Shown: in pieces, positions 17,535-28,600 of the stretch
Layout: each line of letters starts with the position of its first letter
Numbering within the stretch: position 1 is the first letter of the stretch
Source of the DNA: an uncultured Desulfovibrionaceae bacterium
GTDB taxonomy: Bacteria; Desulfobacterota; Desulfovibrionia; Desulfovibrionales; Desulfovibrionaceae
DNA: 60,355 nt
Assembly (NCBI GenBank): GCA_964368845.1
Contig: CAYJDF010000002.1
Coordinates: 1 to 60,355 of the forward strand
Reading direction: 5' to 3'
The notes under the pieces: generated by a model
Told to the model about the DNA's origin: nothing
Databases searched by the model: none
Seen by the model: only the letters and a program-made list of their open reading frames with translations
Program-made: the position numbers and the translations under genes

Positions 17535-17842
17535 TGAATATTAAACTAGACAACCCTCCTAAAAACTTAAATGAACTTTTACTTAAGCATATTATTACAG
17601 ATACAGTGTACCATCTCTATGACGCCCATAAAAAATATCCAACACACCCTTCGTTAGAGCACAGTCTATGTGTGTTAGAAGAAGAGATATCAGAGCTACG
17701 TGAAGCTATATACAACTGCGGTAAAGATGATAGAGATTGGGCTACTATATATAATGAAGCCTATCAAGTAGCTGCAATGGCTTTGCGTTTATTATCTGAT
17801 AGTGTACAAAGAAATATAAATGGGACGTATATATACGAATAA
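17534..17842 (+). CDS. MazG-like nucleotide pyrophosphohydrolase
   Basis: EEEISELREA (EExxE) helix and the size typical of MazG-fold proteins. Confidence 0.5.
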   Translation: MNIKLDNPPKNLNELLLKHIITDTVYHLYDAHKKYPTHPSLEHSLCVLEEEISELREAIYNCGKDDRDWATIYNEAYQVAAMALRLLSDSVQRNINGTYIYE

Positions 17843-17851
17843 GGAGAATAT

Positions 17852-18169
17852 ATGTTTGGAAAATTTTTATGTGCCATATTTGGGCACACATATGCTAACA
17901 GCGATACTAAAACTTACAACCTGTCTATTGGTAAACTTGGCCGAGCAAGCGTTGTACAAAGTATGTGTACTCGTTGTGGGCACATTCACACGTATACCAC
18001 TTTTGATGGGGATATTACGTATGATAACTTTCTTAAGGCGTGTCGCAAAACTGTAGATGATGCTGTTACTAATGTAATACATACTCCTTCAACGGATAAT
18101 AACAACATTCCTGCAATCACTAACGGTAAGGTACGGAAAGCAGGTAAAGCTCCCTGTTCTACAGAGTAG
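17852..18169 (+). CDS. Hypothetical Cys/His protein
   Basis: TAAGGAGA SD; CAIFGH...CTRCGH pairs. Confidence 0.65.
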   Translation: MFGKFLCAIFGHTYANSDTKTYNLSIGKLGRASVVQSMCTRCGHIHTYTTFDGDITYDNFLKACRKTVDDAVTNVIHTPSTDNNNIPAITNGKVRKAGKAPCSTE

Positions 18170-18172
18170 ATT

Positions 18173-18406
18173 ATGGCTAGATTACCACTTCCTATAACTC
18201 TCATTAGGAGACATTGCAAAGAATGTTCTGGGGGCAGTGTTACAGAAGTGGAATCCTGTCCTATAACTACTTGTAATTTATACCCATACAGACTAGGGAT
18301 ACCAAAACCTAAGGAAGATAGTAATGTCAAAGACAACCAAGTACGTAAAGTCATCCGTAGAAAGTCTTCAAGAAATAGACAAACTAACATCAGAACTACA
18401 CCCTAG
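18173..18406 (+). CDS. Small zinc-ribbon protein (CKEC...CPITTCNLYPYRLG motif) with a basic tail
   Basis: Motif recalled from a widespread small phage protein family. The 3' end overlaps the next ORF by 83 nt. Confidence 0.55.
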   Translation: MARLPLPITLIRRHCKECSGGSVTEVESCPITTCNLYPYRLGIPKPKEDSNVKDNQVRKVIRRKSSRNRQTNIRTTP

Positions 18407-18857
18407 TGTACACTACGATTACACACAACAAATAGCAACTGTCATGAAAAACCATGCTGATACATGCGCAGACCTTGGGAGAAGATTTCCTCTACGTGCG
18501 TACATGTGGGATTTATTTGCTGTTACTATGCTTATGCAGATAGAAGACAAATACACTAGAGTAGGCATGGATTATCCTACAGATAAGTACTCTAATATGG
18601 ACGATATGACTCTTATAGAGTTGGCTCGTAATGAGCTAGATAACATACTCACAGGAAAGCATGACACTAAACTTATCTCCGATGAACAAGAAGATATATC
18701 CACGTATGAGTATTCAGACACACAAAAACTAGTTAATATATTAAAAGCTTGTTACATGGCTAGCATTGCTTTTATGAAGATTCGTGATTACGAAAAATTA
18801 TTTACTTTGCCAGAGACTGAAGGAGACTCTAATGGAACGGGTACACAAACTACTTAG
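18324..18857 (+). CDS. Hypothetical protein
   Basis: AAGGAAG SD upstream of ATG 18324. Confidence 0.65.
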   Translation: MSKTTKYVKSSVESLQEIDKLTSELHPSVHYDYTQQIATVMKNHADTCADLGRRFPLRAYMWDLFAVTMLMQIEDKYTRVGMDYPTDKYSNMDDMTLIELARNELDNILTGKHDTKLISDEQEDISTYEYSDTQKLVNILKACYMASIAFMKIRDYEKLFTLPETEGDSNGTGTQTT

Positions 18858-19797
18858 TACACATATGCTAGCTTCCTTTGATACAGAAAAAATTTCTATT
18901 ATATGTGGAGACACACTAGTAGCACACTGTTGTGGAGCTATAATCAAACATTTTTACATCTTAGCAGGTAAGGATGCAGAGAAATTATCTGTTCACTGTA
19001 TTGCTAACAGAAGTGATATCCAACCTCATATGGTTGAGAATAAAGATTTAGTATTTTTTATTGAGACAAGTATGTCGTCTATGCCTTTGCATCAAGATAC
19101 CACATACGTATATATATCTAACTCGTCTAGGGAAACTTTATTTCCAATAGAAAAGAATGTTATCCATCTAGATGGAGCTAACGGCACAGTATGTACTACA
19201 TTATGGCAGTACTTCTTTAGCTCTTACACAGAAAAATCTACACCTACTTGCGTATCGTACATAGATAATTACACTAAAGGTTCTGCATCTGAAAGAGCTG
19301 AGAATTTTTATTATGGCATGTCTCTAATGGAAACATGTCCAGACACAGCACAAAACTTTTGGGAATCTTTATTTGATTGCAGAGAAAACATTTCTTCTTC
19401 TGCTTCTGAAGAAGAGATAATGGAGCGTATGAAATGGGATTCCATGTTGCAAGTTGTAAACATGGGTTCTATAGTAAAAGTATACCTTGTATTACAAACA
19501 GAACGTGCATGTGATTATGCTATGATGTATCCCAATGCAGTAATAGTTAATATAAAAGATTGTATACAAGATGTATTGCTTTCCTCTTTTCCTGAAGAGG
19601 ACTTTGTAATAACATGTCATGTTTGTGGATTGACAAATGATGGAGTAGACATTATATTTCAATACACAATCTACACAAATAAAGATAATGTCAATGCACT
19701 AGCATTAGCTAGTAAGTACGGTGGCTCTGGCACTAGTCGCAAAGCTACTTTTTTATCAACACGAGAACCTAAAGATATAGGATTTAACAATGAATAA
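18832..19797 (+). CDS. Degenerate DHH/DHHA1 phosphoesterase-like protein
   Basis: HLDGANGTVCTTLW resembles DHH motif II. KYGGSGTSRKATF resembles DHHA1 GGGHxxAAGF. Catalytic residues are not conserved. GAAGGAG SD upstream of ATG 18832. Confidence 0.35.
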   Translation: MERVHKLLSTHMLASFDTEKISIICGDTLVAHCCGAIIKHFYILAGKDAEKLSVHCIANRSDIQPHMVENKDLVFFIETSMSSMPLHQDTTYVYISNSSRETLFPIEKNVIHLDGANGTVCTTLWQYFFSSYTEKSTPTCVSYIDNYTKGSASERAENFYYGMSLMETCPDTAQNFWESLFDCRENISSSASEEEIMERMKWDSMLQVVNMGSIVKVYLVLQTERACDYAMMYPNAVIVNIKDCIQDVLLSSFPEEDFVITCHVCGLTNDGVDIIFQYTIYTNKDNVNALALASKYGGSGTSRKATFLSTREPKDIGFNNE

Positions 19798-20011
19798 AAC
19801 TAATTTTGTTTTAACTGCTGAACACAATGGTGAAAAATTTGAACTTTCTTTTGAGCTTCCTGGCGAAATGAATGCTAAGCTCTGGGAAATGACGCAAGTA
19901 AATTTTAAAACACTTCTTAGTCAATTAAAACAAAACACTGATGTCGTTGAAGAACTTATCGCTGAAGAAGAAGTGGTAGATACAGAAACTAAACAAGAGG
20001 TTGAAGCATAA
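19790..20011 (+). CDS. Small acidic protein
   Basis: ORF, coupled starts/stops; C-terminal EELIAEEEVVDTE. Confidence 0.55.
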   Translation: MNKTNFVLTAEHNGEKFELSFELPGEMNAKLWEMTQVNFKTLLSQLKQNTDVVEELIAEEEVVDTETKQEVEA

Positions 20012-20250
20012 TGATTAAAGTTATTTATGAAGTGGGCAATGCTCACTATGAAAAAGAACTAAAGTTCGACCACGCTATTTCTGTGGATAGTTTTGAGCAA
20101 GCTGTTGCTAAAGTACCATCATTGTTTAATGATGTTCATTTCAAAGGGGAACAACATGTAGCTAAACCTTCTAAGAAAGAAGCTACACTTAAACTAGAGC
20201 CCGTTGAAATTGAAGTAATAGAAGATTCTAGTATTAAAATTGAGGAGTAA
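20011..20250 (+). CDS. Small acidic protein
   Basis: ATG overlaps the upstream stop (TAATG). Confidence 0.55.
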   Translation: MIKVIYEVGNAHYEKELKFDHAISVDSFEQAVAKVPSLFNDVHFKGEQHVAKPSKKEATLKLEPVEIEVIEDSSIKIEE

Positions 20251-20255
20251 TAATC

Positions 20256-20522
20256 ATGACTCGTGTAGAACGGAAACAACTTGAATTGCGTGATGCTATT
20301 ATTCACGCCTCTAATGTATTAAGTGTTTTAACTCCCTACACGCTTGACAACTCTGATGAAAATCATCTCGCATTTGTTGAGCAATATAAAAATATAGCTA
20401 AAGTTTTACCTCTTCTTATTCAAGACTATGAAGCCTATCGTATACTCAATGATATACGTACAGAAAAACTTTACCTCATTGATTCTAATGGCGGTAAAAT
20501 AGTACATGTACACTTTGCATAG
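20256..20522 (+). CDS. Hypothetical protein
   Basis: GAGGAG SD. Confidence 0.6.
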   Translation: MTRVERKQLELRDAIIHASNVLSVLTPYTLDNSDENHLAFVEQYKNIAKVLPLLIQDYEAYRILNDIRTEKLYLIDSNGGKIVHVHFA

Positions 20523-20533
20523 AGGTAGCGTAT

Positions 20534-20743
20534 ATGGTTTACAACATGGTATGCCCAGAATGTGAAACATGTTTCTTTATTGGCAGTGGCAATAGTGTTT
20601 ACATACAAACAGTATACGTTTCTGAAGAAGATGGATATTTAGCTACGGTGATGTGTCCTAAATGTGAATACCAAAGTCCTGCTTATGGTGATATGCATGA
20701 AGCTATTAAAGCGTTTAACATAGGAGCGCAAGACAATGAATAA
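20534..20743 (+). CDS. Small zinc-ribbon protein (CPEC...CPKC)
   Basis: AGAGG SD; two CxxC pairs. Confidence 0.6.
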   Translation: MVYNMVCPECETCFFIGSGNSVYIQTVYVSEEDGYLATVMCPKCEYQSPAYGDMHEAIKAFNIGAQDNE

Positions 20744-20975
20744 GAAAGACATAGCTATTAGCAAAAAGAAAAGACAAATTGCTAAGCAAGAGCAGTACAT
20801 TAGTACGTGGAGTAACGCTCTAGTTATTCTAGAGAATAATAGTGCTGAAGAAGCAGTAAAAGAAATGCGAGAATTTATTCAAGAAAAAATTGACAAAGTT
20901 CAAGAGTACTTGGATAAAAATAAATTAGACCTTATTGTGCTAGAAACTATTGACAATATAGAACCTAGTAATTAA
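20736..20975 (+). CDS. Hypothetical coiled-coil protein; last plus-strand gene
   Basis: ORF overlapping the upstream stop. Confidence 0.55.
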   Translation: MNKKDIAISKKKRQIAKQEQYISTWSNALVILENNSAEEAVKEMREFIQEKIDKVQEYLDKNKLDLIVLETIDNIEPSN

Positions 20976-21069
20976 CTATATGAGGTAAGTCGATACGCTC
21001 CTTGCCTCCCATAGTGCTTATAGATGTTGTGCTTCCACCCCCTTAGCGCATTTCCTATAAGCAAACGAC

Positions 21070-21112
21070 AAAGCCCCTTAGAGTTTGACGGTTCTCTAAG
21101 GGGCTTTCTTGT
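21070..21112 (+). terminator. Intrinsic terminator ending the plus-strand block
   Basis: 14-bp stem AAAGCCCCTTAGAG/CTCTAAGGGGCTTT followed by CTT. Confidence 0.8.
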
Positions 21113-21341
21113 AACATTTTATACACAATATATACCAACCTAGGGCATAGTACCTAATTTAAATAAAAAGCTCTTAGAAGCCAAATGTGAGCCATTATGA
21201 GGCATATACGTAGGCACTACTAAGCACATATTTCATATTACCCGTTGGCCTCTTTCTTCATCTTGGCGGGTCGGTGAAAGAGGTAATGGAAAGAACACGT
21301 CTATGAAACCGAAGAAACACGTAGATGTGTGTACCACAACA

Positions 21342-21380
21342 ATACCCCCTAGGGCACTGGGCTCTAGGGGGTATTCTTTT
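21342..21380 (-). terminator. Terminator (possibly bidirectional) ending the late minus-strand block
   Basis: 11-bp stem ATACCCCCTAG/CTAGGGGGTAT, with A/T runs on both sides. Confidence 0.75.
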
Positions 21381-21406
21381 ATCTAATAAAGATTTTATTT
21401 TGTAAT

Positions 21407-22219
21407 CTAATCTTCTTCAACGTAGCCACTAAGCCACGGTATAATTTCCTCTGATGGTTTACCCATAATAAGACCTACAAGACCAGAGCCTACAGGGCCA
21501 GCAAGGGTAGAACCTATAGCCATCTCTGTATTCTCTCCTTCTGCTAAATCCCATATACCAGATACTGGGCCACCTGCTACACGTAAAGCACCTTTAGCAG
21601 CGTTATCCCAATCTCCTTCCACCATATTGGTAACAGGGCCTCCCCACCATCTAAGTAAATCATTCTCATTAGCTCCTCTAGCTACAGCATCAGCACTAAG
21701 TCCTGCTGCTGCTGCTACGAAGGGTGCTGCCCAACCTAGTGCTGGAAGAAGAGAAGCTCCTCCTGCGGCAGCAGCACCAGCTCCACTAGCCGCTGTGCTA
21801 CCACCAGCAACTGCTCCTGCTGTTGCTCCAGTAGCTGCTGTTCCTGCGGCGGCTGTGCCAGCCGTAGCTCCGCCTAAAGCACCTGCTCCAGCACTAGCTG
21901 TAGTACCTGCTGCTGTACCAGTAAGACCAGTGGCTGCTCCAGTTCCTGTAGCTGCACCAGTACCTGTAGCTGCACTACCTTGACCAAACATACCCATTAC
22001 TTTATTGACCATACCCATAGAAGGCATTGACATACCTTGACTTTGAGATGGATTAGTATATGTTTTGTAAGGATTGGCTCCGTCATATTCTGTAACTCTA
22101 ACAGGAGTTGGGAATAGATTACTGTAGGAGTTGCCATAAGAAGTATTAGGGATAATACCTTGTGGAGTATTATTGTACCAACCTGTAGTTGGAATGTTAT
22201 TATATATTCTACCTAGCAT
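21407..22219 (-). CDS. Gly/Ala/Thr low-complexity protein (270 aa)
   Basis: Central run of about 85 residues made almost only of A/G/T/S (AATGTGAATGTGAATGLTGTAAG...). Last gene of the late operon. Confidence 0.65.
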   Translation of the reverse strand: MLGRIYNNIPTTGWYNNTPQGIIPNTSYGNSYSNLFPTPVRVTEYDGANPYKTYTNPSQSQGMSMPSMGMVNKVMGMFGQGSAATGTGAATGTGAATGLTGTAAGTTASAGAGALGGATAGTAAAGTAATGATAGAVAGGSTAASGAGAAAAGGASLLPALGWAAPFVAAAAGLSADAVARGANENDLLRWWGGPVTNMVEGDWDNAAKGALRVAGGPVSGIWDLAEGENTEMAIGSTLAGPVGSGLVGLIMGKPSEEIIPWLSGYVEED

Positions 22220-22619
22220 ATTTAGCTATACTCCTAGTTTTTAAAGTATCTGTTACAAGAGGTAACGCTTTTTCTATAGTACGCATAGGAATGTATCCTC
22301 CTATACCATAACCAATAATCTTCCACAATTCTAATATCTCAGCCTCAGATAAGTTAGGGTCTACCCATCCCATCCATCTACCTACTACAAGACTTGTGAA
22401 GGTAAGCATTGTAATAGGTCTCCAACTAGAAGCTAACCAACTAGTAGATGCTGCTTCAGATTTAATAATACCTGCTGCTGCTAATTCTATTTGGCTTTCA
22501 TTCTTAGCTAACTCTAAAGTAAGTTCTGCTTTAGCTTTATCTGCTGCTTCTTTGTCTGGGAATATCTTATCAAGAATAGGATTGGCTATTCCTGTAATAG
22601 CTGTAAGTAAACCTATCAT
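22209..22619 (-). CDS. Holin, GTA-type 3-TM family-like
   Basis: Pattern AKAELTLELAKNESQIEL...SWRPITMLTF...SEAEILELWKIIGYGIGGYIPMRTIEK matches the GTA_holin_3TM family, from memory. Confidence 0.5.
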   Translation of the reverse strand: MIGLLTAITGIANPILDKIFPDKEAADKAKAELTLELAKNESQIELAAAGIIKSEAASTSWLASSWRPITMLTFTSLVVGRWMGWVDPNLSEAEILELWKIIGYGIGGYIPMRTIEKALPLVTDTLKTRSIAKYAR

Positions 22620-22621
22620 AA

Positions 22622-25600
22622 TTAGAACCTCACTCCAAGCTCTTGGCTTCGTTTAATTACAGATTGCATAATAGTTTGTTTACGCTTCTCTAATTGCTCA
22701 AGTCTTTTATTACGTATCTCTGGAGTTAGTTTTTTATTATTAGCCAAAGCCTTCTCTGTACTACGTAAATCATTAAGCTGCTTTTGTGCTCTATTTAAGA
22801 AACGTTCTGCTCGTATACCTGCTTGATTATCTCGGATAATCTCTAGACGTTCTGCTGTTGTAAGATTAGGATTAACCTTGGCCTGTTCAACAGTATTTAT
22901 TTGAGTTTGCAACTCTGTTCTAGCTTTAGCAAATATACCAGTAGTATCAGAAGGTTGTTGTGTTCTAACAAAAGCGGATACAAACGGAAGTTTAAGCGCA
23001 TCGTCTACACTAAAGTCACCTTGCTGTACTTTAATAACTTCATTCATCATAGAAGAAGCTATTCTACCGAAGCCTCCAAGATACGAGTTTATCAAATGGT
23101 CTAATGTTTCTGGAGATACATCCACAAGTCCACTTCTAGTAGTAGACCCACCAGTGAAAGAGTTCATAGCCTCGGCTATAATCTTAAAGCCTTCACCAGT
23201 TGTACTCCAACTCTTTTGGCTATCAGGTAATTCACCTCGTACAAGATGTGTACTATTAGGCATAATAGGATTGCCAGCAAAGTTTTTATTAGAAGACAAT
23301 TGAGCTAATGGTCTGAAGATTGTAGGCACAAAAGCTGTCCAACCTTCTGAAGATATACTACCCATTGGTGTGAAGTTATCAAATCCTGCTGTCACAGAAC
23401 TAGTCATTGCATCTGTAAGAGATGGGCCTACGCCACCTGTAGCTGCTGCATAACCACCATCAACGATATTCCTAGCTAAATTCCAGAATATGTTTAGTCC
23501 ATATGCTACAGGAATAGTGAGATACGTGCCATCAGACATAGGTATAATTATGTTGCTAGCCTTTACGTACTCTGGTATCTTATCATATTTATTGATACCA
23601 TCTTCATCTTCTCCCATCAATCCTCTAGCTAATGTAGCTTGTGCCATGTAAGCTAGTACTGGAAGAGTAAAGAATTTAGATAAGTGGTTTCTGTCTACCT
23701 CTCCTGTTTCTTTGTTCTTTCTTATCATAGACTGAAGAAGTCTAGCGTTACCTGCAATGTTTGCACTAGCGAACATATACAGAGAATCAAAGATTGGAGC
23801 TGCTGCTCCTTTGCGAGAAAAGTTTACAGTAAGATTGCTAGCATAGTTAGCTGCTCTTTTGTAGATAGCATCATCTGTCATACGAGAGCCATCTGGATTT
23901 TTACCATCAGCCTTTAGCATTTTAACAATCTCTACGAAAGCTATGTATCTAGTTTGATTCTCAAGAGCATCAGATATAGCTTCCATGTGTTTACCTACAT
24001 TTCCTATCCAAGCTCTAGCTGCTTGCTTTCTAGTAGATGGCTTTCTATCTTGAAGATTCTTTACAACATCTTTCATGATTTGTTCATACCCACCAGTAGA
24101 GAAGTACGTAGTCTTACCACCGTAGCGTTGGTATGCATCATAGTATTGCATATACTCTTTAGAAGAAGCATCAAGCTTAGACATATCTACTACACCATTA
24201 GCTAACTCTGCTCTATAGATAGCTTGGGTAACACTGCTGCTTTTCCACATCTTACCAAAACCTTCAACAAGAATCTTGCGACCAATGGTAGATGTTACAG
24301 GAATACCTAGTCTTTGTAATTGGTGTGCAATATCAGAAGCACTAAGCATAGCTGTCATAACGTCACGTAAAGGGTTGCGTGCCCAGAACATGGGGTTGTA
24401 TACTGTGAATAACCTACTAAGTTTACCACGTAAATTAGCCATTGCTCTTAACACTGAACCTAATCTAGCTACGTTATCTTTTGTATAAGCATTTCTAAAT
24501 CCATCATCGTGCATAACTACACGAATCTTTTTACCACCGTCTCCGATAAGTGTTACTGTCTTGCCTGGGTTAAGTGTAGATGCTGTCTTATGTTTCTTAA
24601 ACTTTACTACACCTTCTGAATCAAGTACCCTTGTTACAGGTAAACCTTTTTCTGGTTCATATATCTCAGCTACTTCAAAGAAGTCTGTTATAGAAGGATT
24701 CTGCTCCATCAATTGGAGTAGTGCTCTATCTATTTCTACTTTATGCTTTAGCGCAATAACATCAAAGCATTGCATAATAGCATGAGTAACTGCATTATCT
24801 ATATCACCAGTAGTACCTGCCGCATTGGCTCCTATTTTATCTAGCCTTGCTGCGTTAGATATTTGTCTACGACCCTCACTGCTTAGCCACTGAGGGTTGT
24901 CTTGTTTCATAATACTTTCCCAAGTCTTGAGAGGAGCATAGTGTTCATACAAAGCTCTCCAAGCATCAGTCTGCTCTTTAGGGAGCAGGGCATTATCTTC
25001 AATGATACGAAGCCTAGCTTCATTCATTTGTTGATAAGCTTCATAAGCTATGTCCATCTGAGGAGACTGTAGGTCTTGAATAATCTTCTGAGATTTTTCA
25101 TTGTTCCACACAGCACCTTCTACATCTGTACCTTTTACTTGATTACGTTCTAAAGAAGCTTTAGCTGTAACATAATCACCAAGCATAGCGTATGCTATAG
25201 ATGCATCTGTACCTTGTGGTACAAGATTTATAATAGCATTGTAAAGAGGTTCCATGTATGTAGTTTCAAACAACTTCATAGCACTGAACTGGGCATTGGG
25301 CATATTCTCTAACAGTTTGTATATGTTAGTTTTCTCTGTTAAGAACCCTCCAGCTTTCTTAATACTCTGCATTACTCTTTCAATAGGACGTAACGCATCA
25401 TCTATCTGTTCTCGTAATGTTTCAGCAAGTTTACTTCTATCTACATTACGAAAGGTAGAGAGTGGACTACCATCCTCAAGAGCCCTTTCTGCTTTTTCTG
25501 TATTAGTTAAACCACTTGTAGGTGGTAAACTAGATACAGCTCCTTCAACTAAAGGAGAAGATTGCACAGCGAAGGTAGTATTGTTAGCAAGATTAGCTGC

Positions 25601-28600
25601 CGACATTCTAAGCACAGCCATGATGTCTGCCTCTGTTACATCTGCTACACCTATCTTCTGCAATACTTTTCTAAAAAGATTTTGTAAAGAGTTTAGCCAC
25701 TGAGCTAACTTACCTTTTTCTTTACCAGAAGGCATACCCTCTAAAAGTTGTTGAGCTGTTTTACCTTCAGCTAATTTACTTACGAACTCTTCTGCTATAG
25801 CTAGTTCTTTATCAGGGCCTTGATATACAGAATCATATTGTTGTTTGATAGCTTGATACCTAGGGTCATCCTTAAAAGCTCTTTGTACTCCACCTAAGAA
25901 AGCTCTACGCTCTGTCGGATTAAGTAATACACTTAAACCAAAGTGGCTTACACCCTCGTGTACTATAGCTCTTGCTACTATATCCTTCATGTTTTTAGAA
26001 GGATTCTTGTTGCCAAAAGCTCTAGCTCCTGCTTCTATGTTTTCACCAAAGAGATACAAAGTATTAGTTCTAGGGTCGTATGCTCCATAGGATGTAGCAT
26101 CCACGTCTAATCCTGGTACATCTGATACTCTATCTACTACTACAGTAACCCTACCTAAACCTTGTAACTGTTTAAGAGAAGATTGTAAAAGACTGTATAC
26201 TTTTCTGGCAGCATTAGTAGTACCTCGTAGTATACCTCTTTCTTGTTGTCTACCAGAAGTAGATGTAGTAGTTTGCTCTGGAATAGCTGGACGTACTTGT
26301 CCTGCATTCATAGGAATAGCTGTGCCACTAGCTTCTTGTGCTGGAAAGATACCAGTGTTTTGTATACCTTGTTGTTCAGCTAAGTATGCTTGTCTAGCTA
26401 AAGCTTGTTGAGCTTGAAGCTGCACGTCTTGTTGGCCTAACGGCATTGGTATAGCACCATTAGTGCGTACTGGAGTAGCATCTTGAGACAAAGCTAACTG
26501 TGCTCTAGAAGGCATAGTGTTAGGTACAACAGTAGGTTGTTGCTGATAAAACATGTCACCTTGTACGGGAATACTACCTTGTTGTACTGTAGGTGCTGCT
26601 TGCATAAAAGGCACTTCTTGTAAGAAGCTATCTGATGCATTCTGAAAAGAAGACATAGGTGACATAGCACCTTCTACACCCCCCAAAAACGTGTCTGGTG
26701 TTGATTCTAAGGGCGTAAAGCTAGACCACGTAGGTGAGAAGTCAGGTCGTTGATTTTGTTCAACAGAACGCAAAGGGTACTGATTAGGTTGTGCTATATT
26801 TTGAGACATTAAACTACTGTCTTGTATCGCTTGTAAACGGTCAGACATCTGTTGAGCGAAGTTCTGTTGTTCTTCGTTCACAATATTCGTAAGACCATCA
26901 AATACAGAAAATGTAGCAGGGTCAACGAGACTGTCCGCATCTGTAATGCTAGTAGGTAGCTTAGTATTCTGTATAGATTTTATCTGCGCATCCAAAGTTT
27001 CTGGAGAAAACTTTTTAGTAGGATAGCTAAGCATTGTGCGAATGTTATTCGCTGCTGTAGATAGACGTCTAGAAGCTTTGTCTATATCTGCTAACTCTTT
27101 CTCTAAAATTTTCTTTTCTTGTTGAAGAACTTTAGCTACACGTATGTCACTAAGAGCTTTACTAGAACGAAGCTGTGCATCTGTTTGCTGTATGCGCAAT
27201 CGTATCATAGCACTTTGTTCGTCAAACTTGTTACGTTGCATAGTAACGTAATCTATAGCTTGCTTACCCTGTTGAGATAGTGAATCGTATATGAATGGGT
27301 CTGCGTAGTATTGATTAGCTTGCGCTATCGCCGCTTCCGCTCCCATGTCTGCGTATGCTTTTTCACTTTCTTTAAGAGAAGCGTCAATAACCTCTTGTCT
27401 TTTAGCCTCATACTCTTCATCCAATTTAGCCACTGCTGTAGACGCATTGATTAACTCCCTTTTTGCTTTATTAATTTCTGCTTTACGTTTACGTACATCC
27501 ATCTGTAAGATTTCTACGGTAGGATTGTCTTGATACAAAGATAGTGTTTGTGTAGCATTGCTTATCATATTGACAAGACCTTGCCTACGTGCCATTACTT
27601 CTGTATCAAAAGCTTCTATAGCTGCATCAGTCTTAGCTGTAATATCTGCTAAACGTATTTGTGCTCGTTGTGCTGGAGTAGTAATATTGTTAGGGTCATT
27701 AGGGTCTAACAAATCTGGAGCAGCATTGAGGTCTGTGTTAGCAGGAGAAGCTCCTTCTAGTTTCTTGGCATCTTCTATTTGCTTAGCAATAGCTTGTTGC
27801 TGTCTAATACTATTGTTAGTCTTATACTGGTTAAGTGCTCCTGCTGGAGCTCCTAACACAGCACCTGCTGCTGCTGCGTTAAGTATTTGCCAACCTTCTT
27901 CTGGAGTAAACTGACCTATTCTTTCATCACTGATAGTAGCATTAAGAGCCTGAAGCGTTTGTTGGAAGGCTTCTTCTCCGCCTTCTCGTAACGCTCCCAT
28001 AGCTACACCCCTAGAGAGTATTCCTTTAACAGCTTGCTCTACTGCTTCTTTTACAGGTACTCCAGTAAATGCTCTAATGAGTGGCATTTCTAGACCCATC
28101 AATCCAGTCACTGCTGCTGATGCTGCGCCTGTGAGCATAGCTCTACCAGAACTAGCTGCATCAACACCGTGACTAGCTACGTTGTCTATATACGCTGAAC
28201 CTGTTTCCTGTACACCTGTGTAAGATAGTGCTGCTGCCTGTGCAGCTCTACTCTTTACAAAAGATTTTGCTGCCTGTTCTGCTGCTTCTTTGGATAAACC
28301 TTTAGCTGCGTATTCTGCTGCTTTCTTAGCAAGAGTGTTAGTCAACATAGACGTGGCTGCTGCACTACCCCCTGCTACTGCACCCAAACCACCAGAAGCT
28401 ATTGTACCTAGTATACTAGGTGCTAAGTCTACTGCTGTTTCTGCTGCCCATGTACCAAAACTACTTAGACTATCTATATCTCGTATGTCTGCTACTTGTC
28501 TAGGAGCATTCTCTTGTGCATATGTATTCAAACTATTAGCAGCTTCTAGCAAATAATCTCTAGTACCATCTGCTCCAACAAAGTCTGCTATAGCTCCACC

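Noticed and set aside
17820-18390. Track ORFs 17820-18056 (+), 17867-18082 (-) and 17986-18390 (-)
   Set aside because: They overlap the SD-supported genes 17852-18169 and 18173-18406 in other frames or on the other strand, have no SD, and show hydrophobic or low-complexity compositions typical of shadow ORFs.
21627-21983. 118-aa Pro/Ala ORF on the plus strand
   Set aside because: It is the antisense shadow of the Gly/Ala/Thr-rich gene 21407-22219 and lies beyond the plus-strand terminator.
24497-24514. MHDDGF in the giant protein as a possible polymerase motif C (cf. T7 RNAP IHDSFG), which would make it a cryptic virion RNAP
   Set aside because: I could not find convincing motif A (D-G-S-x-S-G-like), motif B (R-x3-K-x7-YG) or T/DxxGR elements in the right order. 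A DPBB DxDGD signature is also absent. In addition, the early promoters are host-type. It is kept only as a hypothesis to test by profile or structure search.
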